From Candidatus Hadarchaeota archaeon (GTDB lineage: Archaea; Hadarchaeota; Hadarchaeia; Hadarchaeales; JAGGTB01), in assembly GCA_964608515.1 (NCBI GenBank), contig CAZSNS010000004.1:1600-65599 (forward strand): a DNA stretch of 64,000 nucleotides, given 5' to 3'. This document shows positions 8,681-18,864 of this stretch, in pieces. The position numbers and the translations under genes were made by a program. Numbering within the stretch: the stretch's first letter is position 1; every line of letters starts with the position of its first letter. The notes below the pieces were generated by a model that worked only from the letters and a program-made list of their open reading frames with translations, made no database searches and was not told the DNA's origin.

Positions 8681-9724
8681 TTATCTTGTAACTTCCTGTT
8701 GTTTTATGAATTCGTAAAGTTCTCTAGCTTCTTCGTCTTCTTGGAAGTGTTTTCGGATCGGTTTTACTAGTTTGTTTATATATCTTGATACGTTTTTCTT
8801 GAGATCTAGAGGGTGGAGTTCCCCTTGACGATAATCTTTCTCTAATTCAGAATATTTTTCATAGTTGAGGTCTCCGCCATAATCGTCCTTCCTTTCAATT
8901 TTCACAGTGTCGAAACTTTTGAAAATCAAATGTTTGGTATAATCTAAGATAGGATTTCCTTTGACTTGTTTTTCGGGACAGTAAGCTCCTTCTATTTTTT
9001 CCCAAATTTCTTCTTCAGAATCATGAACAAAAATCGAAGTCGATGGTTTACTCTTACTCATTTTCTCCCCCCCACTTTCACCTTGCAAACCCATCAACAT
9101 GTGATGTGAAACAGTCACAGGCTTCTCCCTACCAATCTTAGGAGCAATATCCCTCGCCAACATGTTCGCCCGTCGCTGATCCTGCCCTAACTGGCACATG
9201 TCCACATCAAGATGAAAAATATCAGTAGCCTGCATGCTCGGATAAAAAACCCAGGCCGCAGGGTTTTCCCCAGCGCTTTCTCTACCAGCTATTTTCAGGG
9301 CTCTTTGGGTTCTGTTTAGGGTGTGGTTTTTGGCTATTTTTAGGACGGTTTTCCAATATTTTTGGTCCATTATTTCGGAGGACCATAATATTTCTACTTT
9401 GTCCATTGGGACTCCGGCGGCTTTCCAAACTTCGATGAAATACTTTCCGACTTTTTGAATTTTTTCTAAATCCCCGTCCATTTTTTCGTTGATCCAGGCG
9501 TACCAATCAGCTAATAATAGCTTGAATCTTACACCGGCTTTGATCATTTTTTTGAGGTTCATTGCTCTGTATACTCCGAAAGCTATGTGTGCTTGGCCGG
9601 ATGGTTCGAATCCGTCGTAGGCTGTGGGGTGTTTTTTTGTTTCGAGTAGTTCTTCTAGTTCTTCGTTTGTGATTATTTCTTCTCCTACGTCTTTGATTAG
9701 GTTGAGTCTTTTTGTTACGTTCAT
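8681..9724 (-). CDS. tyrS: Tyrosine--tRNA ligase
   Basis: YDGFEPSG.AHIA (HIGH-like), YPSMQATD, GQDQR, KMSKS. Confidence 0.95.
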   Translation of the reverse strand: MNVTKRLNLIKDVGEEIITNEELEELLETKKHPTAYDGFEPSGQAHIAFGVYRAMNLKKMIKAGVRFKLLLADWYAWINEKMDGDLEKIQKVGKYFIEVWKAAGVPMDKVEILWSSEIMDQKYWKTVLKIAKNHTLNRTQRALKIAGRESAGENPAAWVFYPSMQATDIFHLDVDMCQLGQDQRRANMLARDIAPKIGREKPVTVSHHMLMGLQGESGGEKMSKSKPSTSIFVHDSEEEIWEKIEGAYCPEKQVKGNPILDYTKHLIFKSFDTVKIERKDDYGGDLNYEKYSELEKDYRQGELHPLDLKKNVSRYINKLVKPIRKHFQEDEEARELYEFIKQQEVTR

Positions 9725-9834
9725 TGTTTTCCCTTCTTGTTTTGACCGTTGTTATTTTTAATCTGTGTTTGTTGGGAAAATCTACTGTATTATTCCTTTT
9801 TATATGTCTTTTTCCCAAATTGAAGAGGGTGAAG

Positions 9835-10659
9835 ATGAAAAAGAAATCACGATCTATTGCAATTTCTTCCGGAAAAGGGGGAACCGGGAAGACGACACTC
9901 ACGGCAAACCTCGGAATAGCACTAGCAAACGAAGGCCACGATGTCACAATTTTGGACGGTGATCTTAGTATGGCGAATCTTGGAATAGTGCTGGGGATGA
10001 AAAATCCCGCGGTTAGCTTTCTTGATGTCATTTCTGGCGATGCAGAATATGAAGATGCGATATATGAGGATTACGGAGTGAAAGTAATTCCCACAGGTTT
10101 CAGGTTTGAAGACATTCACGAATCTCTATCAAAAGTCGATCAAGACTTAGTAGAAGAAACAATCTCAAAAATATTACGAGAAACCGAATTCTTACTCATA
10201 GACGCACCCGCCGGCATGACAGACACAGCAATCATCTCAATAGCAGCAGCAAGAGAAATGTTACCAGTCACAAATCCAAACTACTCAAGCCTAGTCGACT
10301 GTTACAAAACCATCCGTTTGGCAAATGTTGTAGATACTTGGACTAGGGGCCTGGTGGTAAACCGGATAGGAAGATCCTCAGACATATCAAAAGGAGAGAT
10401 AGAACACTTTATGGGAGAAACTTTAGGATCCCTAAAAATATTGTCAGAGATTCCAGAAGATGAAACAGTCCAAAAAGCGGAAAGAGCCGAAACACCAGTC
10501 ATCATTTACGAACCCGAGGCCCAGGCGTCAAGACAAATATATAAACTTGCAGAAGTCATAACCGGAGAATCAGACTTACCTTACAAACCTTTTGAAGACG
10601 CTGAGATAGACAAAACCGTTGAGAGACTCTCCCGAGCACTTACCGGTTCTAGAAATTAG
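9835..10659 (+). CDS. minD: MinD/ParA-family ATPase
   Basis: SGKGGTGKTT, DGDLSMANL, LIDAPAG; start reassigned to MKKKSRS. Confidence 0.88.
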   Translation: MKKKSRSIAISSGKGGTGKTTLTANLGIALANEGHDVTILDGDLSMANLGIVLGMKNPAVSFLDVISGDAEYEDAIYEDYGVKVIPTGFRFEDIHESLSKVDQDLVEETISKILRETEFLLIDAPAGMTDTAIISIAAAREMLPVTNPNYSSLVDCYKTIRLANVVDTWTRGLVVNRIGRSSDISKGEIEHFMGETLGSLKILSEIPEDETVQKAERAETPVIIYEPEAQASRQIYKLAEVITGESDLPYKPFEDAEIDKTVERLSRALTGSRN

Positions 10660-10666
10660 CATTTTA

Positions 10667-11416
10667 TTATTGTTCGAAACTTTCGGAAGGGATTTTTGTA
10701 AATATTCCGCTTATCCATAAAACCAGAACTATAAATGAAACTATACTTCCTCCTATCAGTCCCAATTGCAAACTGGAAGATTGAAGTATTTGGGCCTGTT
10801 TTGTTCCTAAAAATCCTTCAATAATTGCACCAATTATAATTAATAAAACTACAGAAGGGATCAGATCTTTCACTTCCCTCCCGGCTTTCTTTAATGGTGT
10901 TGTTTTTCGGTTTAGCACTGTTTTGATGCTCCCGATTCCTAGTCTTATTCCACAAGTTGTGGCGATTACATAACCGGTGAGTTCGAAAACTCCGTGAGGT
11001 AATAAAAATGCTAATCCTTGTTGTAATGGCATGCTGGCTTGGGATGTTATATATCCTATCATAAACCCGTTTAACAGTAACGCATAGAGAGAAAAAAGGC
11101 CGAAAGCTGTTCCTAGGCCGATTATTTGTATCGTGCTTGTTAGGTTGTTTCTTGCTAGGAATGTTATCCATTCTATGATTGTTCTTTCCTTTTGTGATTG
11201 GTTTGTTAACATTCTTCTGAAGGGTTCTGTTTGTGATTCGACTAGTTCGTTGATTGGGTTTGAACCTACTTGGTTTGCAATTAGGGCTATTCCTATTGCT
11301 AGGCCGAATATTATTGTTACTGTGATAAGGATGTGTTTATTTTTTCGAATTGATTTTGGGAAGTTTTTTCCAAAACTTTTCTTGGCTTTTTCTTTGAGTG
11401 ACGTTTTTTCGGTCAT
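10667..11416 (-). CDS. SpoIIM-family membrane protein
   Basis: NN...NG..IG and LLPHGVFEL motifs; start at MTEKTS. Confidence 0.88.
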   Translation of the reverse strand: MTEKTSLKEKAKKSFGKNFPKSIRKNKHILITVTIIFGLAIGIALIANQVGSNPINELVESQTEPFRRMLTNQSQKERTIIEWITFLARNNLTSTIQIIGLGTAFGLFSLYALLLNGFMIGYITSQASMPLQQGLAFLLPHGVFELTGYVIATTCGIRLGIGSIKTVLNRKTTPLKKAGREVKDLIPSVVLLIIIGAIIEGFLGTKQAQILQSSSLQLGLIGGSIVSFIVLVLWISGIFTKIPSESFEQ

Positions 11417-11499
11417 TGTTCCAGAGGATTTTTTGATTCTTATCAATAATGAAACCTGCGAATTAAAATAAAAAAGAAAGAAGTGGTGGAATGTCTTTT

Positions 11500-13110
11500 T
11501 TAATCTGTTAGGAGTCTTTCGTACATGTCTGAGTCTACTTCGTTCATCATCGGCAGGTCGGTTACTTCGGCTGCTCTTTCTGTTAGAGCTGCTAGGTCGT
11601 CTCTTCCTGCTAGTTCTAGATCCCATTTTCTAGTTCCTGCTAGTAGTTGTCTTAGTCCTACACCCATTCTGTCGTGTAGGTATGTGTAGACAGCGTGGGC
11701 TCCTGACGGAACCTTGTCATAATCATGACCGCATTCTTCTTTCAACTCGCTAGCTGTGATGTAGAATTTTTCTACTGTATCTCCGTATTTGTCTTCGAAC
11801 TGAGAAGGTAGATTGTCTTCTTCAGCCATCTCGGCGAAATAACTTCCTTTGAATGCAGCTGTTATCGGTGCTCTCGCCATAGTGATGGATTTCACATATG
11901 GACCGTCGCCGAAGTTGGACATGGCTAAAGATTTCAAGATTTGTGTTTCTTGGATAAATCCTCCTGCCATGCTAATGTCCGGGACGTATTTTCCTTTTTC
12001 GTCGAGTATTTTTGCACATTTCATAACTTGGGCTTGTAGATATACTGTAGGTGTACTCATTTCGTTCATCATCGGTACAGGGCTCATTCCTGTTCCTCCT
12101 CCAGCTCCGTCGAAAGTTACATAATCGACTTCTGCGTCGGAGGCTGCTCTCATTGTCCAAGCAACGTCGGCTGGTCTGTAGGCTCCGGTTTTTAGTGTTA
12201 CTTTTTTAGCTCCTTTTTCTCTCAACTGTTCGACGTCTTCCACGAAGTCTCTTCTTTCGGGCATACCTACCCTGCTGTGTCTTTCAAAGGAGTTGATAGT
12301 TCCGTCGCGATATGCTTCTTGAACTGCAGTCTTTTCCGGATCAGGTAGAACGATATATCCTCTATTTTTTAATTCAATAGCTCTATCAATGTCGTCAGTT
12401 CTAACTTCTCCTCCGATAGCCTTTGCGCCTTGGCCCCATTTTCTTTCGATTACGTTTACTTCTAGGTCTGATATTGCGTATTCGTCTACTCCTAGTCTTT
12501 CGTCTTCTACGTTTGTTTGTACGGATACGTCTCCGTGTTTTCCGTCCCAGAATTCTCTGTATTTTTCTATTCTGTATTCAAGATCTGGAGATTTCTCTAT
12601 TTTTCCGTTTGAGAATTTTGCGTCCGGGTCCATTCCGCAAACGTTTTCGCCGATTACTAATATTGCTCCGGATAGTGCTGCTCCTATAGATAGGGCGTCC
12701 CAGTGCCTTTTGGCGACTTGGGTTGATCCATAGGCTCCGGATGCTATGGGCACTTTTAGAGGTATTCCACCCATTTCTGATGAAATATCTACGTTTTTGA
12801 ATATCGCTTCGTCTGGATCTTCTTCGATTCCTCTAGCTCCTCTGAGTCTTGATAAGATGTTTATGTCTGACCAGTCGAGTCCGTAGTTTTTGAGTGATGC
12901 TGCTGTGCTAGTTCCGAATTCTTCTGGTTCTGGGTATAGTACTTCTCTTCCGCGAAAAGCGGAGAGGCTTATTTCACAAAGCACTGGACATTCTTCGATA
13001 CATATAGGACACATGCCACTAGTCGGACTTACGTCTTGTACTCTGGTTCTTGTTCCTGTAGTTGACATTCCGTTTAGATATGATGAATCTTCTGGCACTC
13101 TAGAAGCCAT
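11500..13110 (-). CDS. FMN-binding glutamate synthase-family protein (archaeal GltB domain 2)
   Basis: CPIC...C..LCE, KWGQGAKAIGGE, LKTGAY, DGAGGGTGMSP. Confidence 0.88.
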   Translation of the reverse strand: MASRVPEDSSYLNGMSTTGTRTRVQDVSPTSGMCPICIEECPVLCEISLSAFRGREVLYPEPEEFGTSTAASLKNYGLDWSDINILSRLRGARGIEEDPDEAIFKNVDISSEMGGIPLKVPIASGAYGSTQVAKRHWDALSIGAALSGAILVIGENVCGMDPDAKFSNGKIEKSPDLEYRIEKYREFWDGKHGDVSVQTNVEDERLGVDEYAISDLEVNVIERKWGQGAKAIGGEVRTDDIDRAIELKNRGYIVLPDPEKTAVQEAYRDGTINSFERHSRVGMPERRDFVEDVEQLREKGAKKVTLKTGAYRPADVAWTMRAASDAEVDYVTFDGAGGGTGMSPVPMMNEMSTPTVYLQAQVMKCAKILDEKGKYVPDISMAGGFIQETQILKSLAMSNFGDGPYVKSITMARAPITAAFKGSYFAEMAEEDNLPSQFEDKYGDTVEKFYITASELKEECGHDYDKVPSGAHAVYTYLHDRMGVGLRQLLAGTRKWDLELAGRDDLAALTERAAEVTDLPMMNEVDSDMYERLLTD

Positions 13111-13253
13111 TTTTATCCTCTTCCCGCATTAGATAGTCTTCTTTTTATTACTTTTGAGAAAGAAATAGGAAACCTTTTTCCTAAGAATCATCTTGCCTAA
13201 AACCCAAAAATCATATTACCACAACAAACAAACAAAAAAATTAGAGAAAAAAC

Positions 13254-14378
13254 ATGACATCAAACAAAATCGGCCTAATAGTAAACCCTATAGCAGGTAT
13301 GGGTGGCAAAGTCGGATTAAAAGGAACAGACGGTCCTGAAATAGTAGAAAAAGCCCGAGAATTAGGCGCGGACCCTGTAGCTCCGGAAAGAGCGGTTAAA
13401 GCATTAGAGAAATTAAAAGAATCAGATATAAACTTCAATATTTTCACCTGTTCTAACGAAATGGGGGAAAAAGAAGCTGAAGAGGCTGGTTTAGAGTTTA
13501 AAATAATTTATGATATTGAATCAGGAAAAACAAATCCTGAAGATACTAAAAGAGCAGCTAAAAATTGTCTGGAGAAAGAAGTAGATATAATTTTATTTGC
13601 TGGTGGTGATGGAACCGCTAGAGATATCCTTGAAGTTATAGATCAAGAAATTCCAATGCTGGGCATTCCCACAGGTGTCAAAATGCATTCAGCAGTTTTT
13701 GCAAATACTCCCGAAATCGGAGGAAGATTAGTAGCTAGATATTTACACGGAAATGGGCTTCCGTTGAGGGAGGCAGAGGTTGTTGACGTCGATGAAGACG
13801 CTTTCCGCCGCAACGAATTGGATACAGATTTGAAAGGTTATGGAAAATCTCCCTATGATCCTAGCTGGGTTCAGGCAGCAAAGTCCCCAACAGTCACATC
13901 CGGTTCAGAGGTTGAAGATCAAGAATCTATAGCAGAATGGATAGTTGAACAAATGGAAGAAGATCGATTATATGTTTTAGGGCCTGGCACCACTACTCGA
14001 GCTGTTGCAGAAGAATTGGGAATTTCAGAATTCACATTATTAGGAATAGATTTGGTTAAGAATGGAAATCTTGTAGCTGGGGATGTTAGGGAAAAAGAAA
14101 TTTTAGAAAAATTAGAACAAAACCCCGAAGCTACCATAATAGTTAGCCCTATCGGTAAACAAGGATTTATCTTCGGTCGGGGGAACCAACAAATCAGTCC
14201 AAAAGTAATCAGAGAAGTGGGTACTGACAATATTCTGATTCTAGCTACTCCGGGCAAACTGGCTGAGACTCCCCAGCTTAAAGTTGACACTGGAGATTCA
14301 GATTTAGACGAAGAATTCCGAGGTTATGCGAGAGTGATTCTAGACTACGGCACGAAAAGACCGATTCCAGTGACTTGA
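13254..14378 (+). CDS. ATP-NAD kinase family protein
   Basis: NPIAGMGG.VGLKGTDG, GGDGTARD, GVKMHS, GRGNQQ. Confidence 0.9.
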   Translation: MTSNKIGLIVNPIAGMGGKVGLKGTDGPEIVEKARELGADPVAPERAVKALEKLKESDINFNIFTCSNEMGEKEAEEAGLEFKIIYDIESGKTNPEDTKRAAKNCLEKEVDIILFAGGDGTARDILEVIDQEIPMLGIPTGVKMHSAVFANTPEIGGRLVARYLHGNGLPLREAEVVDVDEDAFRRNELDTDLKGYGKSPYDPSWVQAAKSPTVTSGSEVEDQESIAEWIVEQMEEDRLYVLGPGTTTRAVAEELGISEFTLLGIDLVKNGNLVAGDVREKEILEKLEQNPEATIIVSPIGKQGFIFGRGNQQISPKVIREVGTDNILILATPGKLAETPQLKVDTGDSDLDEEFRGYARVILDYGTKRPIPVT

Positions 14379-14489
14379 AACTCTAAAATTTTTCCAATCT
14401 CAAAAACAAATCTTTACTATCCTAACAATCAATACTGTAAAAAAGGTGAAAACCCTCTTTTAGAAAGTATTCTCTAAAAAGGTGAATAA

Positions 14490-15947
14490 ATGAAAAACAA
14501 GCTCATAAAAATACTTCCAATTATTATCATTACAGTTTTGATTTCTTACCCTTCAGTAACAGGGGTCGAAAATTCTCATTCCCAAGAATACGAACATGTG
14601 AAGACTTTAACAAACATCGGACCGCGCCTTGCTGGAACGGAAGCGGAAGATGAAGCAGTCCAGTATATTGAAAACGAATTCAAAAACTACGGATTATCCA
14701 CGAACGTTAAAAAATTCCAACTGGAAAACGGTTACATTTTCAAAAAAGGACAATTATCAATCCAAACCCCCTTCAAAGAAAACCTAAAATTTTCACCCCT
14801 CATAAGATCCCCACCCACACAAGGAGAAATAATAGACAATCTAATATACCTCGAAAACGTTCCAGAAAACACAACATCCCTCCAAGACCAAATAATCCTA
14901 ACCCGAAAAAAGAACATATTCGAAATCAAAAAAACACCCACCCAAGCAACAATACTATTCCAAGAAAACAAACCCGACTGGTCAAATATTTGGCCCCCGG
15001 ATTCTTTGAAATCCCCAACTGTGACGGTTTCTTATGAAACAGCTGAATTTTTGATTAAGTTGTTGGAGGGTTCTGATGTGGATAATGTAACGGTTAAGCT
15101 TGAGTTAGATTCGGAGATGAAAACTCTCACTTCACATAATGTGATTGCTACTCTTCCGGGGGAGATCGATGAGACGATAATTGTGAGTGCTCATCATGAC
15201 TCTGTTTTGACGCCAGGGGCTATTGATGATGGCACAGGTGTGGCGATTTTGTTGGAGACTGCTAGAGAATTATCTGACGAGAATTTGTTAAGGACTGTGA
15301 AATTCGTTTCTTTTGGAGCTGAAGAGTATGGACTTATCGGCAGTAAGGAATTTGTTGAGGATGTTGAAAAGGATAAGATTGCAGGTGTTTTAGATTTCGA
15401 TGTTATTGGTCCTGGGTCTTCAAATGGTTTGAGGATTGGTGTTAGAGATTATTTTGAGAAGAGTACTACCCGTTGGCTTGATGTGTATGTTGGAAATGTT
15501 GCTGAGGATAAAGGGTTGAGTTATTCTTTTGGGACTTTCGAGGAGGTGAATGGTTATAGTGATTATGTTAGTTTTATTGAGAAGAATATTCCGGCGACTT
15601 GGATATATTGGGTGTCGGATCAGGATGATGATCCTTTGTGGATGGTTCATACTTCTGAAGATAATTTGGATTTAGTGAGTGAGAATAATTTGAAAGTTAC
15701 TTCTCGTTTTTCTGTTAATTCGGTTACCAGTCTTAGTACTGGCAGAACTCGCGGTTGGTTTTGGGATTATGGTTCGCCTGAAAAAATTTCGATATTTTTG
15801 ATTTTTTCTTCCGCACTTGTTATTGTAGGGATTGCTGGTTCAAGTTATTTGCGTTATGTTCGGAAGAGAAAAAATTGGTTATTGGTGGTCGAGACGGGAT
15901 TGCTTGTGACGATTGGAATATTTGTTTTATATTTCTGGCTGTTTTGA
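14490..15947 (+). CDS. Membrane-anchored M28 aminopeptidase
   Basis: Signal peptide; SAHHDS, GAIDDGTG, AEEYGL.GS, SDY, HT..D; two C-terminal TM segments. Confidence 0.88.
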   Translation: MKNKLIKILPIIIITVLISYPSVTGVENSHSQEYEHVKTLTNIGPRLAGTEAEDEAVQYIENEFKNYGLSTNVKKFQLENGYIFKKGQLSIQTPFKENLKFSPLIRSPPTQGEIIDNLIYLENVPENTTSLQDQIILTRKKNIFEIKKTPTQATILFQENKPDWSNIWPPDSLKSPTVTVSYETAEFLIKLLEGSDVDNVTVKLELDSEMKTLTSHNVIATLPGEIDETIIVSAHHDSVLTPGAIDDGTGVAILLETARELSDENLLRTVKFVSFGAEEYGLIGSKEFVEDVEKDKIAGVLDFDVIGPGSSNGLRIGVRDYFEKSTTRWLDVYVGNVAEDKGLSYSFGTFEEVNGYSDYVSFIEKNIPATWIYWVSDQDDDPLWMVHTSEDNLDLVSENNLKVTSRFSVNSVTSLSTGRTRGWFWDYGSPEKISIFLIFSSALVIVGIAGSSYLRYVRKRKNWLLVVETGLLVTIGIFVLYFWLF

Positions 15948-15997
15948 GCCGTCTAACTTTTTAGTGCTCTCGGTGAAATAGTTTCATAAGGAAGATA

Positions 15998-17185
15998 ATG
16001 TACGAGGATATGTTTGAGGAAGAGATGGGAAAAGAGTCGATTTTTAAAGACCAGTCGATACTTTCTCCGGATTATGTACCTGAAAAGCTTGTTCATAGGG
16101 AAGAAGAGTTTAGGGAATTGGTACAACTGTTCAAACCCGTGTTGGAGGATGAAGCAAGTCAGAGAGTTCTAATCTCAGGCTCTGTTGGGGTTGGAAAAAC
16201 GGCTCTTGCTTCAAGATTTGGCGAGGTATTGGAAAAAGAAGCTAAAAAGAGAGACATGAATCTCACTTATGTTCATGTGAACTGTCGTAAACAGGGAACT
16301 CCTCAGATGGTTCTTCACGATTTGGCTTCTAATTTCCCCCTTACTGTTCCGAAGAGAGGTTTTGCCCCGCAAGAAATCATGAATCATGTGATTGACCATC
16401 TGGAGAAGAAAGATGTTTACCTAACGGTTACTCTGGACGAGTTAGATTACTTTATACGGCAAAACGGTCCCGATTTACTATACTCACTTTCCAGAGCTGC
16501 TGAAGAATCTGACGCGCAGAACAGGGTTAGCATAATAGCTACCTCCTTCTCACCAGACTTTTTGGAAACACTGGACGAAGCAACCCGAAGCACATTCATG
16601 CATAATCTGATAGAAATGGACAAGTATAACTCAGAACAACTCTTCGACATTCTTAATGAGAGAGCAGAAAAAGCCTTCAAACCAGGCACGGTCAAGGAAG
16701 AAACGCTCGATCTAATATCGAATATTGCATCAAGGAGAGGAGATGCAAGATTTGCTTTAGAATTATTATGGTTTTCAGGAAGGATAGCTAACAAAGGAAA
16801 CAAGGAAAATGTCTCACCTAACCATGCAAGAAAAGCAAAATCGGAAATAAATCCAGAAATTAGAAAAGACGTACTCCAAGACCTAAAAAAACACGAGTTA
16901 TTATCTTTACTAGCAATTTCCCGTCGTTTAAAAATTTCTGACGAAGCCTTCGCTCTCACAGGGGATGTAAAAGAAGCTTATAAGATAGTTTGCGAAGAAT
17001 ATGAAGAAGAACCTAGAAAACACGTACAATTCTTGTCCTATATAGACAAACTGGAAAACCTAGGACTGGTAGACACAGAAGAATCCAGAGGCGGACACAG
17101 AGGTCAAAGCCAAAAAATCAGCATATCAGACGCACCACCAGACCTGATGGAAGAAGAAATACAAAAAATCCTAAACAAAAAATAA
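15998..17185 (+). CDS. cdc6: Orc1/Cdc6 replication initiator
   Basis: YVPEKL.HRE, G..GVGKT, LDELD, GDARFA, C-terminal winged helix. Confidence 0.95.
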   Translation: MYEDMFEEEMGKESIFKDQSILSPDYVPEKLVHREEEFRELVQLFKPVLEDEASQRVLISGSVGVGKTALASRFGEVLEKEAKKRDMNLTYVHVNCRKQGTPQMVLHDLASNFPLTVPKRGFAPQEIMNHVIDHLEKKDVYLTVTLDELDYFIRQNGPDLLYSLSRAAEESDAQNRVSIIATSFSPDFLETLDEATRSTFMHNLIEMDKYNSEQLFDILNERAEKAFKPGTVKEETLDLISNIASRRGDARFALELLWFSGRIANKGNKENVSPNHARKAKSEINPEIRKDVLQDLKKHELLSLLAISRRLKISDEAFALTGDVKEAYKIVCEEYEEEPRKHVQFLSYIDKLENLGLVDTEESRGGHRGQSQKISISDAPPDLMEEEIQKILNKK

Positions 17186-17194
17186 CCCAAAACC

Positions 17195-17286
17195 GGGGCG
17201 GTAGTCTAGCTAGGTTTCGGACACCAGCTTCGGGACCAACAAGGCGAAAAAGCTGGAGATCCGGGGTTCGAATCCCCGCCGCCCCA
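17195..17286 (+). tRNA. tRNA-Pro(CGG) with a 16-nt intron (17235-17250) at position 37/38
   Basis: GGGGCGG/CCGCCCC acceptor stem, CCAGC/GCTGG anticodon stem, TTCGAAT T-loop; bulge-helix-bulge with TTCG:CGAA central helix; CCA not encoded. Confidence 0.95.
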
Positions 17287-17301
17287 TCGCACCAAAGGTT
17301 C
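17275..17301 (+). repeat. attL-like direct repeat (tRNA 3' end plus trailer)
   Basis: CCCGCCGCCCCATCGCACCAAAGGTTC, repeated at 36903 with 1 mismatch. Confidence 0.88.
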
Positions 17302-17396
17302 GAATCTTTCCCAATTTTTAGTGAAGGAAAAGGGTCAAGGGGGTTTCAACCTTAAGGACTGTTACAAATCGATTGGAAAAGCCGAATAGTCTCGGA

Positions 17397-17422
17397 TTTT
17401 TTGTTATGGGTGTAACAAAAAA
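17397..17422 (+). repeat. Palindromic element copy 6
   Basis: Same 26-mer, about 110 bp inside the island's left end. Confidence 0.97.
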
Positions 17423-17431
17423 TTACTCATT

Positions 17432-17743
17432 TTACTGAGTTTCAACACCAGCGTTTATCATTTCGTTCCATTTTTCTATAACCTCTTGACCATTCTCAGT
17501 TATGGAGAGGACATCACTGTCTTTTCTCCCTATTTCTGGTTCGTCCTTTGCTTCTATAAGATTCATGTCAATTAGTTTTTCTATCCTATCGTAGAGGGTT
17601 TCGTAAGATCCTCCTATTTTTTTCTGTATTTCGGATAATATTCTCTTTTCCTTCTTAACGAATCGAAGAATTTCCACTGTTTTTGAGTTTCGGAGTAGTT
17701 CTTCTAATTTCCGCCTTTTTCTATCTGCAAGTTTTCTACTCAT
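17432..17743 (-). CDS. Winged-helix transcriptional regulator
   Basis: LSEIQKKIGGSYETLYDRIEKL..MNLI...ITENG. Confidence 0.8.
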   Translation of the reverse strand: MSRKLADRKRRKLEELLRNSKTVEILRFVKKEKRILSEIQKKIGGSYETLYDRIEKLIDMNLIEAKDEPEIGRKDSDVLSITENGQEVIEKWNEMINAGVETQ

Positions 17744-17777
17744 TTCATTTCATAATTAATATCCTAAATAAATAAAG

Positions 17778-17851
17778 TTTACTTAATATGTAAATATTTG
17801 CTCTTATTAGTTTACATATTTACGATATCCGTAAAGAATTAGTTTACATAT
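17778..17851. promoter_or_regulatory. Candidate operator array in a divergent promoter
   Basis: TTTAC-N7-GTAAA at 17778 and 17819; ATTAGTTTACATAT at 17806 and 17838. Confidence 0.55.
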
Positions 17852-17928
17852 GGTGTTAAATAGACCAAATAAAGCAAAATTTAAGCGTTAAATATAAATA
17901 ACAGGTAAAGTAAACTTTCTAATGAATT

Positions 17929-18849
17929 ATGAAGGCTAAAGAATCTCTATATGATGAATTTGAATGCCTTAGAGTTGGCGAGGGTTTTTCAGAGAAGGAG
18001 GCATTTAGGGAAATTTTAAATCGAGAAGTTAGAAGTAAGTTTACAGATTTAATGAAGGAAATAGAAGACGAGAGGATGTCGCCACCATTTGATTTAAAAA
18101 AAGTGGCTGAAGATTTAGTTTCTCAAGATATAGGAGAAAAAATAGAAGTAATTGAGGAGGATCTTGCTAGAGCCGGTTATGTACGGGAAGATTTTGACAA
18201 TGACGATGGTAAAATAATACATATTGATAAGGATGCTCCGACTTATAGAAAGAATTTTACTTTGGCTCATGAAATTGGACATATATATGGACACCTTATT
18301 ATGAAAAGAAATAAGATAGTCGAATTACGCAAAAATTTAGAAGAAGAATTTTTGGATAATATTGTCGAAAATGTTATGGATGATTTTGCTGGAAGCTTGT
18401 TAATGCCGAAAGGATATATAGAAGATATTGAAGATGAGATAAATAACAATTTGAACTACGATACTCTTATGGATATTTCTAAAAAGTTTAGTGTAAGCAA
18501 GCAGTCTCTAATTATAAGGTTAAATGAATTGGATATACTGGAACATCCTAATATCATTATTCTATTTAAGAATACTTTTTATTTTGACAAAAGGAAACCA
18601 GAAAAGATGAATAGAGATAGGGCTTGGCGTGTTTATTGTCGATCTACCCCTTCCGGATTATTTATCCCAGTCAACGCAAAGGCGGCATCTCTGGGTTTTG
18701 ATGTTGATTATTGGGAAGAGATAAATAGAAGTAATTTTGCCATGCAGGATTTGATAAAAATTGATGGTAATGAAATTGAATTAATCTATAAAGCAAGAAG
18801 GAACAAAAAGTATAGAACTTTACTTAGTTTTGGGAAGATAAGGAAATGA
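17929..18849 (+). CDS. ImmA/IrrE (DUF955) zinc metallopeptidase
   Basis: RKNFTLAHEIGH, FAGSLLMP, F.VS....IIRL. Confidence 0.88.
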   Translation: MKAKESLYDEFECLRVGEGFSEKEAFREILNREVRSKFTDLMKEIEDERMSPPFDLKKVAEDLVSQDIGEKIEVIEEDLARAGYVREDFDNDDGKIIHIDKDAPTYRKNFTLAHEIGHIYGHLIMKRNKIVELRKNLEEEFLDNIVENVMDDFAGSLLMPKGYIEDIEDEINNNLNYDTLMDISKKFSVSKQSLIIRLNELDILEHPNIIILFKNTFYFDKRKPEKMNRDRAWRVYCRSTPSGLFIPVNAKAASLGFDVDYWEEINRSNFAMQDLIKIDGNEIELIYKARRNKKYRTLLSFGKIRK

Positions 18850-18864
18850 ATAACATTTCTTGCT

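Noticed and set aside
9282..10505. Short alternative-frame ORFs over tyrS and minD (and similar ones across the core genes)
   Set aside because: They overlap well-supported genes and are favoured by the A/C- or G/T-skewed tracts, which contain few stop codons.
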